A DNA stretch of 58,941 bases from positions 1-58,941 of IMG/VR virus record IMGVR_UViG_3300025276_000037, one strand, 5' to 3'. Of the stretch, positions 1 through 9,063 are shown in pieces (position 1 is the first letter of the stretch; each line of letters starts with the position of its first letter). The translations under genes and the position numbers were made by a program. The DNA comes from a virus (lineage: Duplodnaviria > Caudoviricetes). Below the pieces are notes generated by a model. It made no database searches, was not told the DNA's origin, and saw only the letters and a program-made list of their open reading frames with translations.

Positions 1-1
1 T

Positions 2-40
2 ATGGCCAACACACATCTATTCGCAGCAGACAAAGTATAG
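2..40 (+). CDS. 3' end of a truncated upstream gene, possibly a MoxR-type AAA+ ATPase
   Basis: Reads ...MANTHLFAADKV*, with the stop overlapping the GGGAG RBS of the next gene. Product inferred only from the usual pairing of AAA ATPases with metallopeptidase-VWA genes. Confidence 0.35.
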   Translation: MANTHLFAADKV

Positions 41-49
41 GGAGCTATC

Positions 50-1267
50 ATGTTATCAATAGGCAAAGAACTAACCGCAGACCAACGCTTGCCCAAGGCG
101 CTGGTATCAATTATGCGCAGCGACAGATACGTGGCACTGGCCAGTGTATTGATGTTGGGTGACCGCGTGATCGACAACGGCATGACTAACACCGCCGCTA
201 CTGACGGACGTGACGAGTGGTATAACTCTGACTTCGTTGACACACTGATTGACGCCGAGCTACGTGCGCTTATTATTCACGAGTGTAAGCACAAGATGTA
301 TCGGCACCTTACAACGTGGGCATGGGTGGCTTACAAGTACGGGCACAGTCTGACCAACCAAGCTATGGACTACGTTATCAACCTAGAGATCGTTGACGAG
401 AACCCCGACGATTTCTGCAAGCTACCCGCTTGCGCATTGCTCGACGTCAAGTACCGTGGCATGACTACCGCACAGGTGGCCAAGGCATTACACCAAGACC
501 AACAGCAACAGCCTAGTTCGAATCCCTCTGGTAGTGGTACACCTGACAACAAGTCTGGCGGTGGTATGGACGATCACGACTGGGACGGCGCCAAGGAAAT
601 GACAGCCGACGAGCAAGCCGAGCTAACCAAGGAGATTGACGAGGCTATCCGACAGGGTGCGCTTGCCGCAAGCAAGATGGGCAAGGGTGGTAACACTGAC
701 TTCGGTGACCTACTCAAGCCGCAGGTTGACTGGCGCGAGGCGTTGCGTGAGTTCATAAGTACAACGTGCGCGGGTAACGACTACCAAACGTGGAGAAGCC
801 CGAACCGCAAGTACCTAGGCCATGAGATATACATGCCAACGGGGTACAGTGAGACGGTTGACGAGTTGACTATCGCCATCGACACGTCTGGCTCTATAGG
901 CCGACGTGTTCTCACCAAGTTCATGTCTGAGGTCAAGGCCGTGTGCGATGTAGTCAAGCCCAATACTGTACGCATACTGTACTGGGGTAGTAGCGTAGTA
1001 GCTGACGAGGTATACGAGACACACGAGATACCCGACATACTCAACACGACCAAGCCCGTGGGTGGTGGTGGCACTGACGCAGCGTGTGTACCTGAGTATA
1101 TGCGGGCTACTGGTATCAAGAGTCAAGCTACTATCATGTTGACTGACGGTTACGTATTCGGTGACTGGGGTACGTGGGACAACCCACTACTGTGGTGCAT
1201 CATTGACAACAAACGAGCCGTGCCATCAACAGGCAAGGTATTACATATAAATGGAGGTGACGTATGA
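50..1267 (+). CDS. Metallopeptidase (DUF2201-like) + VWA domain protein
   Basis: TAATDG motif, HECKH (HExxH), NQAMDYVIN, Q/S/G-rich linker, MIDAS motif DTSGS, GGGT and LTDGY; RBS GGGAG. Confidence 0.85.
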   Translation: MLSIGKELTADQRLPKALVSIMRSDRYVALASVLMLGDRVIDNGMTNTAATDGRDEWYNSDFVDTLIDAELRALIIHECKHKMYRHLTTWAWVAYKYGHSLTNQAMDYVINLEIVDENPDDFCKLPACALLDVKYRGMTTAQVAKALHQDQQQQPSSNPSGSGTPDNKSGGGMDDHDWDGAKEMTADEQAELTKEIDEAIRQGALAASKMGKGGNTDFGDLLKPQVDWREALREFISTTCAGNDYQTWRSPNRKYLGHEIYMPTGYSETVDELTIAIDTSGSIGRRVLTKFMSEVKAVCDVVKPNTVRILYWGSSVVADEVYETHEIPDILNTTKPVGGGGTDAACVPEYMRATGIKSQATIMLTDGYVFGDWGTWDNPLLWCIIDNKRAVPSTGKVLHINGGDV

Positions 1268-1500
1268 GTAACTACCCGTATGACAACAGGGCGGTAGACC
1301 ACAAGTTTATCGTTGACGTGTTCGAGCTTGCATTCGGTAACGGTGCAATCGACAAGGAGTATAGCTACGCTGACGTGTTGACACAACTACGCGAGTTCAG
1401 TGACAAAGCACTGGTGACTGATGGTCATGGTCTGACGCAAGAAGAAGTTGACACGCTACTAGCTAACAAAACAGGAGGTATGTTCCATGAGTATAAATAA
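1264..1500 (+). CDS. Hypothetical protein
   Basis: 78 aa, GGAGG RBS, ATGA overlap with the previous stop. Confidence 0.7.
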   Translation: MSNYPYDNRAVDHKFIVDVFELAFGNGAIDKEYSYADVLTQLREFSDKALVTDGHGLTQEEVDTLLANKTGGMFHEYK

Positions 1501-2368
1501 ATTTACCCACCAACGAGTAGACGAGCTAGTAAGACTAGCCGCGAGTGAAAGGTTCGAATCAGGGTCATTAACGTTGCTTAACTTCATGGAGGAGATACAG
1601 AAAAAACTGCGGGGTATACAGTTTGGCCGCATATCGCAGAGAGTGTACGCGTACTACCCTGACGAGTTGTTTGCGCGGGGTTACATTAGCTACAGGGATA
1701 TACGGTATATCCGTGGAACACCAGAAAAGTATACGTACAACGTGTCATCACCGTATATCGAGAACAATAAGACCGATAAGTACAATGCTGACAGGTTCTT
1801 CCGAATGTCGTCTATTAATATAGATACGGCGGTACGTAATGCAGTCAAGTACCTACGTGCGTATACACCTACGGATATTGTACGGGTAACAGTAGGCTTG
1901 GCTAATGACGCACGCGACGAGGTGTCGCATGAGGAACGAACGGACATACGGCAGCTATCTAGCAAGATATGTGGTTTACGTGCAATGGAGAAAAACCTAC
2001 GTAACGAGCTGATGCACTTATACAACGCAGGCCACCAATTCGTTGACCCTGAGTACGGTAGTGCGGTTGCTGAGTACTTTACCAAACATGCTGCGCATAC
2101 CGAGAACGAGAAGACAGGCGTGGACTTTACGTTTGTATTAGTCAAGACAGTCGATGGTAGGCACAGGTTTACGTGTGTAGATATAAACAGGATTAGCTCG
2201 GTAGCGTATGGCGGGGAAGAAAAGCTGGACGCTAACACCCACGTGACGTATGAGTTACCTGATGACGTGTTGTCAAAGGTGTCTGTTCTTACCGTCGGTG
2301 AAGACAATACGTTCCTTGATGGTATTGGCTACAAGTATTGTGACGAGGTGTACTATGTCTATAAGTAG
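1487..2368 (+). CDS. Hypothetical protein
   Basis: 293 aa, AGGAGG RBS, packed in the operon. Confidence 0.8.
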   Translation: MSINKFTHQRVDELVRLAASERFESGSLTLLNFMEEIQKKLRGIQFGRISQRVYAYYPDELFARGYISYRDIRYIRGTPEKYTYNVSSPYIENNKTDKYNADRFFRMSSINIDTAVRNAVKYLRAYTPTDIVRVTVGLANDARDEVSHEERTDIRQLSSKICGLRAMEKNLRNELMHLYNAGHQFVDPEYGSAVAEYFTKHAAHTENEKTGVDFTFVLVKTVDGRHRFTCVDINRISSVAYGGEEKLDANTHVTYELPDDVLSKVSVLTVGEDNTFLDGIGYKYCDEVYYVYK

Positions 2369-2645
2369 ATTGTTCGACAACTGTGTCTACAGTGATGTTT
2401 TCCTGCGCACCGCTTCGTTTAATGGTGTCATGATTAATAAAGGACGAGTCGATGTAACGTGTATTGGTATGGGATGTGTTGATTCCACACTATATGACGT
2501 ATATGATACCGTCGATGACATGCCAGTATGGGCGCAAGAACGAATCGCTATGCTTATGGTATGTAAAGACGGGCAGACCATAAACCATATTGGTAGGCGC
2601 GTTGACGCTAGCACGTTTTGGTTATTCTCAATGGGGGGAGAATGA
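2355..2645 (+). CDS. Hypothetical protein
   Basis: Start moved to ATG 2355 (GAGGTG RBS); fills the gap between neighbours. Confidence 0.65.
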   Translation: MSISRLFDNCVYSDVFLRTASFNGVMINKGRVDVTCIGMGCVDSTLYDVYDTVDDMPVWAQERIAMLMVCKDGQTINHIGRRVDASTFWLFSMGGE

Positions 2646-2809
2646 ATAAAATAATAATACCTGATGCCGCTATACGCGAGTACAACAAAAAGTACGGCCA
2701 ATACCTACCCAAACCTGTTAGTACAATGCCGCCTCCGATTGATGAGGACGCTATGTACATGCAAGCTATGGGGCTAACACAATCAAACCAAGGAGAAGAA
2801 GATGTTTAA
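2642..2809 (+). CDS. Hypothetical small protein
   Basis: ATG 2642 in an ATGA overlap, preceded by GGGGGGAG. Confidence 0.6.
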   Translation: MNKIIIPDAAIREYNKKYGQYLPKPVSTMPPPIDEDAMYMQAMGLTQSNQGEEDV

Positions 2810-3149
2810 CAAACTAAACTCAGCAGCACTAATTATCACAGCAGGACTACTTGTGGGGACTGGTATCAGCAGCACCGCACACGCGCTTACCGCAGAACAA
2901 TTTAAAGAGTTAGCAGATGGGACTTACCGAAACGCTACTACCATGTACCTTGGTGGGGTGAACGATGCCGTGAGGATTTTTAATACGTGGTCGTCGGACG
3001 AAGACTGCGCAAAGTGGAAAGTGTTATCGCCAAACCAAATCATGGCAGCGTTTGAAGCCCACTATGATGATATGGAAGATAAACAGCAACTCATAGCTGT
3101 GTGGGCGTTTTCGTACTCACTTAAAAACGGTGGGTGCGCTGATGAATGA
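2802..3149 (+). CDS. Secreted protein, Rap1a/Tai4-immunity-like
   Basis: Sec signal peptide ending AHA, then YLGGVND...C...SPNQIM...A..C, similar to the Rap1a pattern (Y.xGv.D, C, t..Q, terminal C). Confidence 0.55.
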   Translation: MFNKLNSAALIITAGLLVGTGISSTAHALTAEQFKELADGTYRNATTMYLGGVNDAVRIFNTWSSDEDCAKWKVLSPNQIMAAFEAHYDDMEDKQQLIAVWAFSYSLKNGGCADE

Positions 3150-3234
3150 ACAATGGGATTGGGTGGACTTTGGATTGTTCGTGTTGATATTGGGTGCGGC
3201 GAGCCAAATAATGCGCCACATAATGGGGGTATAG
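3142..3234 (+). CDS. Small membrane peptide (30 aa), not in ORF track
   Basis: MNEQWDWVDFGLFVLILGAASQIMRHIMGV; one hydrophobic stretch; overlaps the previous stop. Confidence 0.5.
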   Translation: MNEQWDWVDFGLFVLILGAASQIMRHIMGV

Positions 3235-3235
3235 T

Positions 3236-3373
3236 ATGACAGACGTAATTGACGTGGCTGACCAGCTAGCCCGTGCAGCAACCGCCGCAGAACGTATAGC
3301 TGACGCTATAGAAGAATTACTTGAGATGATAAAGGAGGAACGTAATGGCGATGACCCCAGAGAAGAAAGTTAA
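3236..3373 (+). CDS. Small helical protein (45 aa), not in ORF track
   Basis: MTDVIDVADQLARAATAAERIADAIEELLEMIKEERNGDDPREES; starts 1 nt after the previous stop; GGGGG upstream. Confidence 0.55.
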   Translation: MTDVIDVADQLARAATAAERIADAIEELLEMIKEERNGDDPREES

Positions 3374-3668
3374 GGTGACTATAACTAAGCAGCTAGACTC
3401 GTTAGGGTGTTACTACTTTTTCCCAGCTACAGGTGGCTACGGTTCAAGTGGTGTGCCGGATATAGTCGGGTGCTACAAAGGCAAGTTCTTTGGCATAGAA
3501 TGTAAAGCGGGTAAGGGTAAGACAACCTTACTGCAAGACATGCACCTGAGTAGGATAGCTATTGCAGGTGGGATAGCTGAGGTCGTGAATGAGGAGAACA
3601 TGCACGACATTGTGAACATACTTAATGGGGCAGCTAGTGACCCAAGACAACTAGTTTTAGACTTATAA
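3345..3668 (+). CDS. VRR-NUC / PD-(D/E)xK nuclease (Holliday junction resolvase-like)
   Basis: TPE...GVPDI...FFGIECKA...LQ signature; AGGAGG RBS. Confidence 0.85.
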   Translation: MAMTPEKKVKVTITKQLDSLGCYYFFPATGGYGSSGVPDIVGCYKGKFFGIECKAGKGKTTLLQDMHLSRIAIAGGIAEVVNEENMHDIVNILNGAASDPRQLVLDL

Positions 3669-3686
3669 AATCCTGTGGAGGGAATT

Positions 3687-4016
3687 ATGGCTAAGAACAA
3701 GAAATCTCGTAAGCGAGTACCCACTTACTTGAAGTCACCACCACCCGTTGTGGTAGACCTAACAACATCGCTTCCCCCGGAATCCATAAAGGTCGGTGTG
3801 AGTGATGGCAGCACAGCGAGTTACTACGAGTTACCCGACAAGGCTACAGAGCTACAGCACCTTATCATGTACAAAGATATGAACTCGCAAATGGGTGAGA
3901 TATTCCGTTCGTGTTACAGGTACGGAGAAGCGTCACACAGTGGTAAGCTACGTGATGCAAAGAAGATTAAATTCTACATAGACGCGGAGATAGAGAGACT
4001 AGAAAAATGGACTTAA
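3687..4016 (+). CDS. DUF3310 / T7 gp1.7-like protein (possible nucleotide kinase)
   Basis: SYY...MGEIFRSCYRYG...RDAKKIKFYI resembles the G-N.xKY..R...DL.KA.WY pattern; start at ATG 3687 after GGAGGG. Confidence 0.5.
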   Translation: MAKNKKSRKRVPTYLKSPPPVVVDLTTSLPPESIKVGVSDGSTASYYELPDKATELQHLIMYKDMNSQMGEIFRSCYRYGEASHSGKLRDAKKIKFYIDAEIERLEKWT

Positions 4017-5842
4017 TAACTATAGATTTTGAGACGTATTACGATAAGGATTACTCACTACGTAAGATTACTACAGAAGAATACATTCGTGACGACAGGT
4101 TTGAGGTTATTGGACTTGCGGTCAAAGTTAATAACGATATTACAGAGTGGGCAAGCGGCTCACACGAGGAGATATATGAATACTTACATACGTTCGATTG
4201 GGCGAATAGTATGGTTGTTGGTCACAATAACCTGTTCGACGGTGCTATTCTCGGCTGGCATTTTGATATTCATCCCAAGTTGTTTGGCTGTACTTTGTGT
4301 ATCGCCCGTGCTCTTCACGGGGTTGAAGTTGGTGGGTCTCTCGCGGCGGTTGCTAAAAGGTATAGTGTTGGGGCCAAGGGAACCGAAGTTCTCGACGCAA
4401 TCGGAAAGAGACGTGAGGACTTTTCTGCGCAGGAGTTAGACGCTTACAGTGACTACTGTATCAATGACGTAGACTTGTGCTATGAGTTGTTCAAGTTGAT
4501 GGGTAAGTCGTTTCCCAAGAAAGAGATACACCTTATAGACCGTACGCTGCGCATGTTTATAGAGCCTATCTTAGAATTAGACAAGGAGTTGTTAGCAGAC
4601 CACCTTGTTGATGTCAAGAGACGCAAACAATCTTTGCTGGATGCCACTGGTGTAGATAAGAAAGACCTGATGAGTAACCCTAAGTTCGCCGCATTGCTTG
4701 AGGCAGAGGGGGTTGATGTACCCATGAAAGAAAGCCTCACCACTGGCAAGCAGACGTATGCGTTCGCCAAGACCGATGCAGGGTTTAAGGCGTTAGGGCA
4801 GCACGAAAACCTACACGTACAGGCACTTGTAGCTGCACGGCTAGGCACAAAATCTACGTTAGAGGAAACACGCACGCAGAGGTTTATAGACATAGCAGGG
4901 CGTGGCGCACTACCCGTACCTATCAGGTACTACGCAGCTCACACAGGTAGGTGGGGCGGTGATGACAAGATCAACATGCAGAACCTACCTAGCCGTGGTG
5001 TCGATGGTAAGAAGCTAAAGAAAAGTATCAGAGCACCGGCGGGCTACATGCTAGTCGATTGTGATTCGTCACAGATTGAGGCACGTGTACTTGCATGGTT
5101 AGCGAATCAGCAAGACCTAGTAGATGCGTTCGACAAGGGTGAAGATGTTTACAAACACATGGCGTCTGACATATACGGTGTAGCAGTAGAAGACGTTACC
5201 AAGGAACAACGGTTCGTCGGTAAGACAGCTATCCTAGGTGCAGGGTACGGTATGGGTGCGCAGCGTTTCAAAGAACAGCTCAAGGCACAGTCAGGTGTTG
5301 TCATATCACTTGATGAGTCGCGCCGTATCATAAACGTATACCGAGATAAGAATTGGAAGATCACACACTTCTGGCGAGCATGTCAGAACATGTTGGTAGA
5401 GATGTCTCGTAATTCACGCGGCTCCTTCGGGTTCTTGAACACAGTCAAATTTACTACCACAGGTTTAGATGGGCGGGTACACCTACCCAATGGGCTATAC
5501 ATGAGGTACGACAATTTGGATTACGAACAGGGTGAGCGTGGGCCAGAGTTTAACTACATGACACGTAAAGGCCGAAACCGTATCTATGGTGGAAAGGTAA
5601 CAGAGAACATATGCCAAGCCTTGGCACGTATAATTATAGGCGAGCAGTTGTTGCTTATATCTAAGAAGTATAAGGTGACCATGACAGTGCATGATAGTAT
5701 CGTGTGCGCTGTACCGAAGAAAGAAGTTAAGCAGGGACAAGCATACATAGAGCAGTGTATGCGGTACGTACCTACGTGGTGCAAAGGTATGCCACTTGAT
5801 TGCGAGAGTGGTTTTGATAAAACGTATGGAGGGTGTGAGTGA
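4007..5842 (+). CDS. polA: DNA polymerase family A with 3'-5' exonuclease domain
   Basis: Exo I DFET, Exo II HNNLFD, Exo III YCINDV; HTGRWGG, NMQNLP; motif A DSSQIEAR, motif B RFVGKTAILGAGYG, motif C TVHDS. Confidence 0.95.
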   Translation: MDLITIDFETYYDKDYSLRKITTEEYIRDDRFEVIGLAVKVNNDITEWASGSHEEIYEYLHTFDWANSMVVGHNNLFDGAILGWHFDIHPKLFGCTLCIARALHGVEVGGSLAAVAKRYSVGAKGTEVLDAIGKRREDFSAQELDAYSDYCINDVDLCYELFKLMGKSFPKKEIHLIDRTLRMFIEPILELDKELLADHLVDVKRRKQSLLDATGVDKKDLMSNPKFAALLEAEGVDVPMKESLTTGKQTYAFAKTDAGFKALGQHENLHVQALVAARLGTKSTLEETRTQRFIDIAGRGALPVPIRYYAAHTGRWGGDDKINMQNLPSRGVDGKKLKKSIRAPAGYMLVDCDSSQIEARVLAWLANQQDLVDAFDKGEDVYKHMASDIYGVAVEDVTKEQRFVGKTAILGAGYGMGAQRFKEQLKAQSGVVISLDESRRIINVYRDKNWKITHFWRACQNMLVEMSRNSRGSFGFLNTVKFTTTGLDGRVHLPNGLYMRYDNLDYEQGERGPEFNYMTRKGRNRIYGGKVTENICQALARIIIGEQLLLISKKYKVTMTVHDSIVCAVPKKEVKQGQAYIEQCMRYVPTWCKGMPLDCESGFDKTYGGCE

Positions 5843-5973
5843 TGGAAGATTATTTCAACTGCGGGTATTGTAAGGAGCTGGTATCAGATGAGCCGCTACC
5901 ATACGAACCAACGTGTAACATTTGCCAAAAAGAAATAGACGCAGACGACCAACAAGGAGAGCAGCAATGCTGA
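5842..5973 (+). CDS. Small zinc-ribbon protein (43 aa), not in ORF track
   Basis: MEDYFNCGYC...CNIC...; TGATG coupling to polA; GGAGGG RBS. Confidence 0.6.
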   Translation: MEDYFNCGYCKELVSDEPLPYEPTCNICQKEIDADDQQGEQQC

Positions 5974-6152
5974 TACTAACAAGAAAGAAAGACCAAGCAA
6001 TTATCATAGACGGTGACATCGAAGTACGGGTGTTAGAAATAAACAAGTATGGGCAGGTAAAGTTAGGCATCAACGCACCTAACGAGGTTACCGTACACCG
6101 CGAGGAAATCCACGAGAAGATAAAAGCTAGTGGGGTGGAACGTGAGAGATAA
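5967..6152 (+). CDS. csrA: Carbon storage regulator CsrA/RsmA homolog
   Basis: MLILTRK...IIIDGDIEVRVL...QVKLGINAPNEVTVHREEI matches the CsrA signature; AAGGAG RBS before ATG 5967. Confidence 0.93.
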   Translation: MLILTRKKDQAIIIDGDIEVRVLEINKYGQVKLGINAPNEVTVHREEIHEKIKASGVERER

Positions 6153-6444
6153 AGTGTTTAAGCCCGTAGACTTTACCGATAGAGGCACCGCTTACGTTAA
6201 GCATCATAATAAAATGATGGGCAACGCAGCGCGGTATATGACTAACACGCCATGCCCTAAATGTGGTGGGTATCAAAGACGTTACGCTAAAGGCAGAAAA
6301 GATACCGTTTCGTCTGCTTGCACTAGCTGCGCTTCCACTGATAGAACTGTAAAAAATTCAGGTAAATTTACTTCTATAAGTGTAGAGCAGCGGCGAGCAA
6401 TAGAAGACCACCAACACCGGAACGATGAGGATTACTTATTGTGA
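6142..6444 (+). CDS. Zinc-finger hypothetical protein
   Basis: CPKC...CTSC; start uncertain (GTG 6130 or 6142). Confidence 0.65.
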   Translation: MRDKVFKPVDFTDRGTAYVKHHNKMMGNAARYMTNTPCPKCGGYQRRYAKGRKDTVSSACTSCASTDRTVKNSGKFTSISVEQRRAIEDHQHRNDEDYLL

Positions 6445-7115
6445 GCATAGCACCGTGGTCGTTTAGTAAACTTAAAGCATTCGAGACATGCCCTAAGCAG
6501 TTTTACCATGTGAAGATATTGAAAGAATATCCGCAGAAAGAAACTGACGCCATGCGCTACGGCACTGACGTACACCTTGCATGTGAGGAGTATATACGTG
6601 ACAACAAGCCACTACCTAAGAAGTACGACTACTGCAAACCCTCACTCGATGCGCTTAACCGTATCCAAGGGGAGAAGCTGTGCGAGTATGAGCTAGGGCT
6701 AACAGCTAACCTAGAGCCATGTGGGTTCAGAGATGACGATGTATGGTTCAGAGGTATAGCCGATCTAATTATAGTAGACCATGATAAGAAGTTAGCGTGG
6801 GTTGTGGACTACAAGACAGGTAAGTCGGCACGGTACGCAGACAAGGGGCAGCTAGAACTTATGGCTTTAGCAGTGTGGAAACACTTTCCAGAAATAGAGG
6901 TAGTTAAGGGCGGCCTATTGTTTGTCGTGTCTAAAGACCTTATCAGGAGTAAGTACACCCGAGCTGACGACCAACGGGCTTTAACCGAGAAGTACATAGG
7001 TAAGTATAAACAAATGGTGATCGCATCTGATAACAACGTGTGGAACGCTAACCCAAGTGGGTTGTGCCGAGCATGGTGTGACGTATTAGAATGTCCACAT
7101 AACGGGAGAGGGTAA
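6441..7115 (+). CDS. Cas4/RecB-like PD-(D/E)xK exonuclease
   Basis: WSFSKL...CPK, G..VH, RGIADL...VVDYKTG, QLELMA, C-terminal C..WC....CP (split four-Cys Fe-S pattern). Confidence 0.88.
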   Translation: MSIAPWSFSKLKAFETCPKQFYHVKILKEYPQKETDAMRYGTDVHLACEEYIRDNKPLPKKYDYCKPSLDALNRIQGEKLCEYELGLTANLEPCGFRDDDVWFRGIADLIIVDHDKKLAWVVDYKTGKSARYADKGQLELMALAVWKHFPEIEVVKGGLLFVVSKDLIRSKYTRADDQRALTEKYIGKYKQMVIASDNNVWNANPSGLCRAWCDVLECPHNGRG

Positions 7116-7279
7116 TGGGAAAAGGTAGTAGAAGACGCCCAGCAGCAGATGAAAAGTTTGCAGCCTTAGAGTTCGACCGTATCTTTAACAAACCAAAAGA
7201 GGATAAGGCAGATGCCGTACAAGAACCCGAAAGACCGAAAGAAGCAAGTGAACGCCGCAGTAGGGACTGCGGAACATAA
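7115..7279 (+). CDS. Small phage protein MGKGSRRRP (54 aa), not in ORF track
   Basis: TAATG coupling; MGKGSxxRP...FDRIF is a pattern I recognise from small phage proteins. Confidence 0.55.
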   Translation: MGKGSRRRPAADEKFAALEFDRIFNKPKEDKADAVQEPERPKEASERRSRDCGT

Positions 7280-7460
7280 AGCGCGTATGGAACGACAACG
7301 TGCTAGACGTGAGTTCGATAAGAAGCACGGGTACAGTAAACGTGAAGGTAAAGACATATCGCACAACAAGTCGCTAGCCAATGGCGGGTCGAATGCTGAT
7401 GGGTACAAGGTAGAGAGTAGTAGTAAGAACCGAGCACGTAATGGCAAAAGCCCAAAGTAA
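7212..7460 (+). CDS. Small HNH endonuclease-like protein
   Basis: GKDISH.K.L..GGSN.......SKNRARN; basic N-terminus. Confidence 0.7.
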   Translation: MPYKNPKDRKKQVNAAVGTAEHKARMERQRARREFDKKHGYSKREGKDISHNKSLANGGSNADGYKVESSSKNRARNGKSPK

Positions 7461-7480
7461 TAACATCACCGGAGGGGTGA

Positions 7481-9016
7481 ATGAAGATTTTAGATAACAA
7501 AGCCATACTGCTTAAACTGCGTAACCCTAAGCAAGTTACAGAGGTTATACCTAGGAGCAAGGAAGTCGCGCCTAACACAGTGGCAGTTAGTTGGGGACTA
7601 GACGAGGCCAAGGCTTTGCGTAACATGAAGATCAACGCGCCGTCACCTATCGAGGGCAGGTACGAATGGACAGGTAAGTATGAGCCGTTCGAGCACCAGA
7701 AGAAGACGGCAGGGTTCTTGACTATGAACCGCCGTGCGTTCTGTTTCAATGAGCAGGGCACAGGTAAGACAGCCAGCGCAATATGGGCGGCTGACTACTT
7801 GATGAAGAAAGGCAAGATTAACCGCGTGTTAGTTATATGCCCACTGTCAATTATGGATAGTGCGTGGCGTGCTGACTTGTTTACCTTTGCTATGCACCGA
7901 ACCGTTGACGTAGCACATGGTGCGAAAGCAAAACGCCGAAAGATAATCGAGGGTGGGGCTGACTTCGTTATCATTAACTACGATGGCGTTAAGATAGTAC
8001 AAGACGTTATAGCTGAGGGCGGCTTCGACTGCATCATTATAGATGAGGCTACTCACTACAAGAACGTACAGACCAACCGTTGGAAAACTTTAAGTAAGAT
8101 AGTTAAGCCAGACACGTGGTTGTGGCTGATGACGGGTACGCCCGCCGCACAAAGCCCAGTAGATGCGTATGGCCTAGCTAAACTTGTTAACCCCAAAGCG
8201 GTACCTAAGTTCTTTAGTGCGTTCCGAGATCAAGTATTGGTTCGCGTTACGCAGTTCAAGTGGGCACCGAAAGAGTCAGCTACTGATACAGTATTCAACG
8301 CACTACAACCTGCGATACGGTTTACCAAGGAGGAATGCCTAGACCTACCGCCGATGGTATACGTTAAGCGTGAGGTAGAGTTAACAAGTCAGCAGAAGAA
8401 GTATTACAAAGCTTTGAAGGATCAGCTCGTTATGCGCGTGGCAGGCGAGCAAGTTACCGCAGTAAACGCAGCGGTTACCATGAACAAGCTACTACAGATA
8501 AGCGCAGGCGCAGTGTACACCGATGACAAAGAGACATTAGAGTTTGATATTAAGAACCGATACAAAGTACTGCGCGAAGTAATTGATGAGTCGAGTAAGA
8601 AGATACTCGTGTTCGTACCGTTCAAACATGTCATTGACATACTCACAGACAAGCTACGTGATGACGGTATAGCCACTGAGGTTATACGTGGGGATGTACC
8701 AGCTAGTAAACGTACTGAGATATTCAAACGGTTCCAAGAGACCGACGACCCCAAGGTGTTAGTCATACAACCGCAGTCCGCTGCACATGGTGTGACCCTT
8801 ACCGCTGCAAACACAGTGGTGTGGTGGGGGCCAACTTCTTCACTGGAAACATACGCCCAAGCCAACGCACGTGTACACAGAGCAGGACAAGACCACAAAT
8901 GTACCGTCGTCCAGTTACAAGGTTCTGCCGTAGAAAAACGTGTGTACTCACTATTAGATAATAGAATAGACGTACACACAAAAATGATTGATCTTTACAA
9001 CGAACTACTTGACTAG
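7481..9016 (+). CDS. SNF2-family (SF2) helicase
   Basis: Q motif FEHQ, Walker A EQGTGKT, DEAT, MTGTP, HGVTLT, QANARVHRAGQ. Confidence 0.92.
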   Translation: MKILDNKAILLKLRNPKQVTEVIPRSKEVAPNTVAVSWGLDEAKALRNMKINAPSPIEGRYEWTGKYEPFEHQKKTAGFLTMNRRAFCFNEQGTGKTASAIWAADYLMKKGKINRVLVICPLSIMDSAWRADLFTFAMHRTVDVAHGAKAKRRKIIEGGADFVIINYDGVKIVQDVIAEGGFDCIIIDEATHYKNVQTNRWKTLSKIVKPDTWLWLMTGTPAAQSPVDAYGLAKLVNPKAVPKFFSAFRDQVLVRVTQFKWAPKESATDTVFNALQPAIRFTKEECLDLPPMVYVKREVELTSQQKKYYKALKDQLVMRVAGEQVTAVNAAVTMNKLLQISAGAVYTDDKETLEFDIKNRYKVLREVIDESSKKILVFVPFKHVIDILTDKLRDDGIATEVIRGDVPASKRTEIFKRFQETDDPKVLVIQPQSAAHGVTLTAANTVVWWGPTSSLETYAQANARVHRAGQDHKCTVVQLQGSAVEKRVYSLLDNRIDVHTKMIDLYNELLD

Positions 9017-9037
9017 GGTATTATATGCCACTATATT
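9009..9037 (+). promoter_or_regulatory. Sigma70-type promoter
   Basis: TTGACT - 17 bp - TATATT, followed by AGGAGG RBS and ATG 9064. Confidence 0.75.
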
Positions 9038-9063
9038 ACTCGACCACTAACTAGGAGGTAGTT

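Noticed and set aside
6441-7115. Cas4-like gene as evidence of a CRISPR-Cas system
   Set aside because: Stand-alone Cas4-like nucleases are common in phage replication modules; no other cas genes or array seen.
7212-7460. HNH gene as an intron-borne homing endonuclease
   Set aside because: Free-standing and small; polA, helicase and terL are uninterrupted, with no intron or intein evidence.
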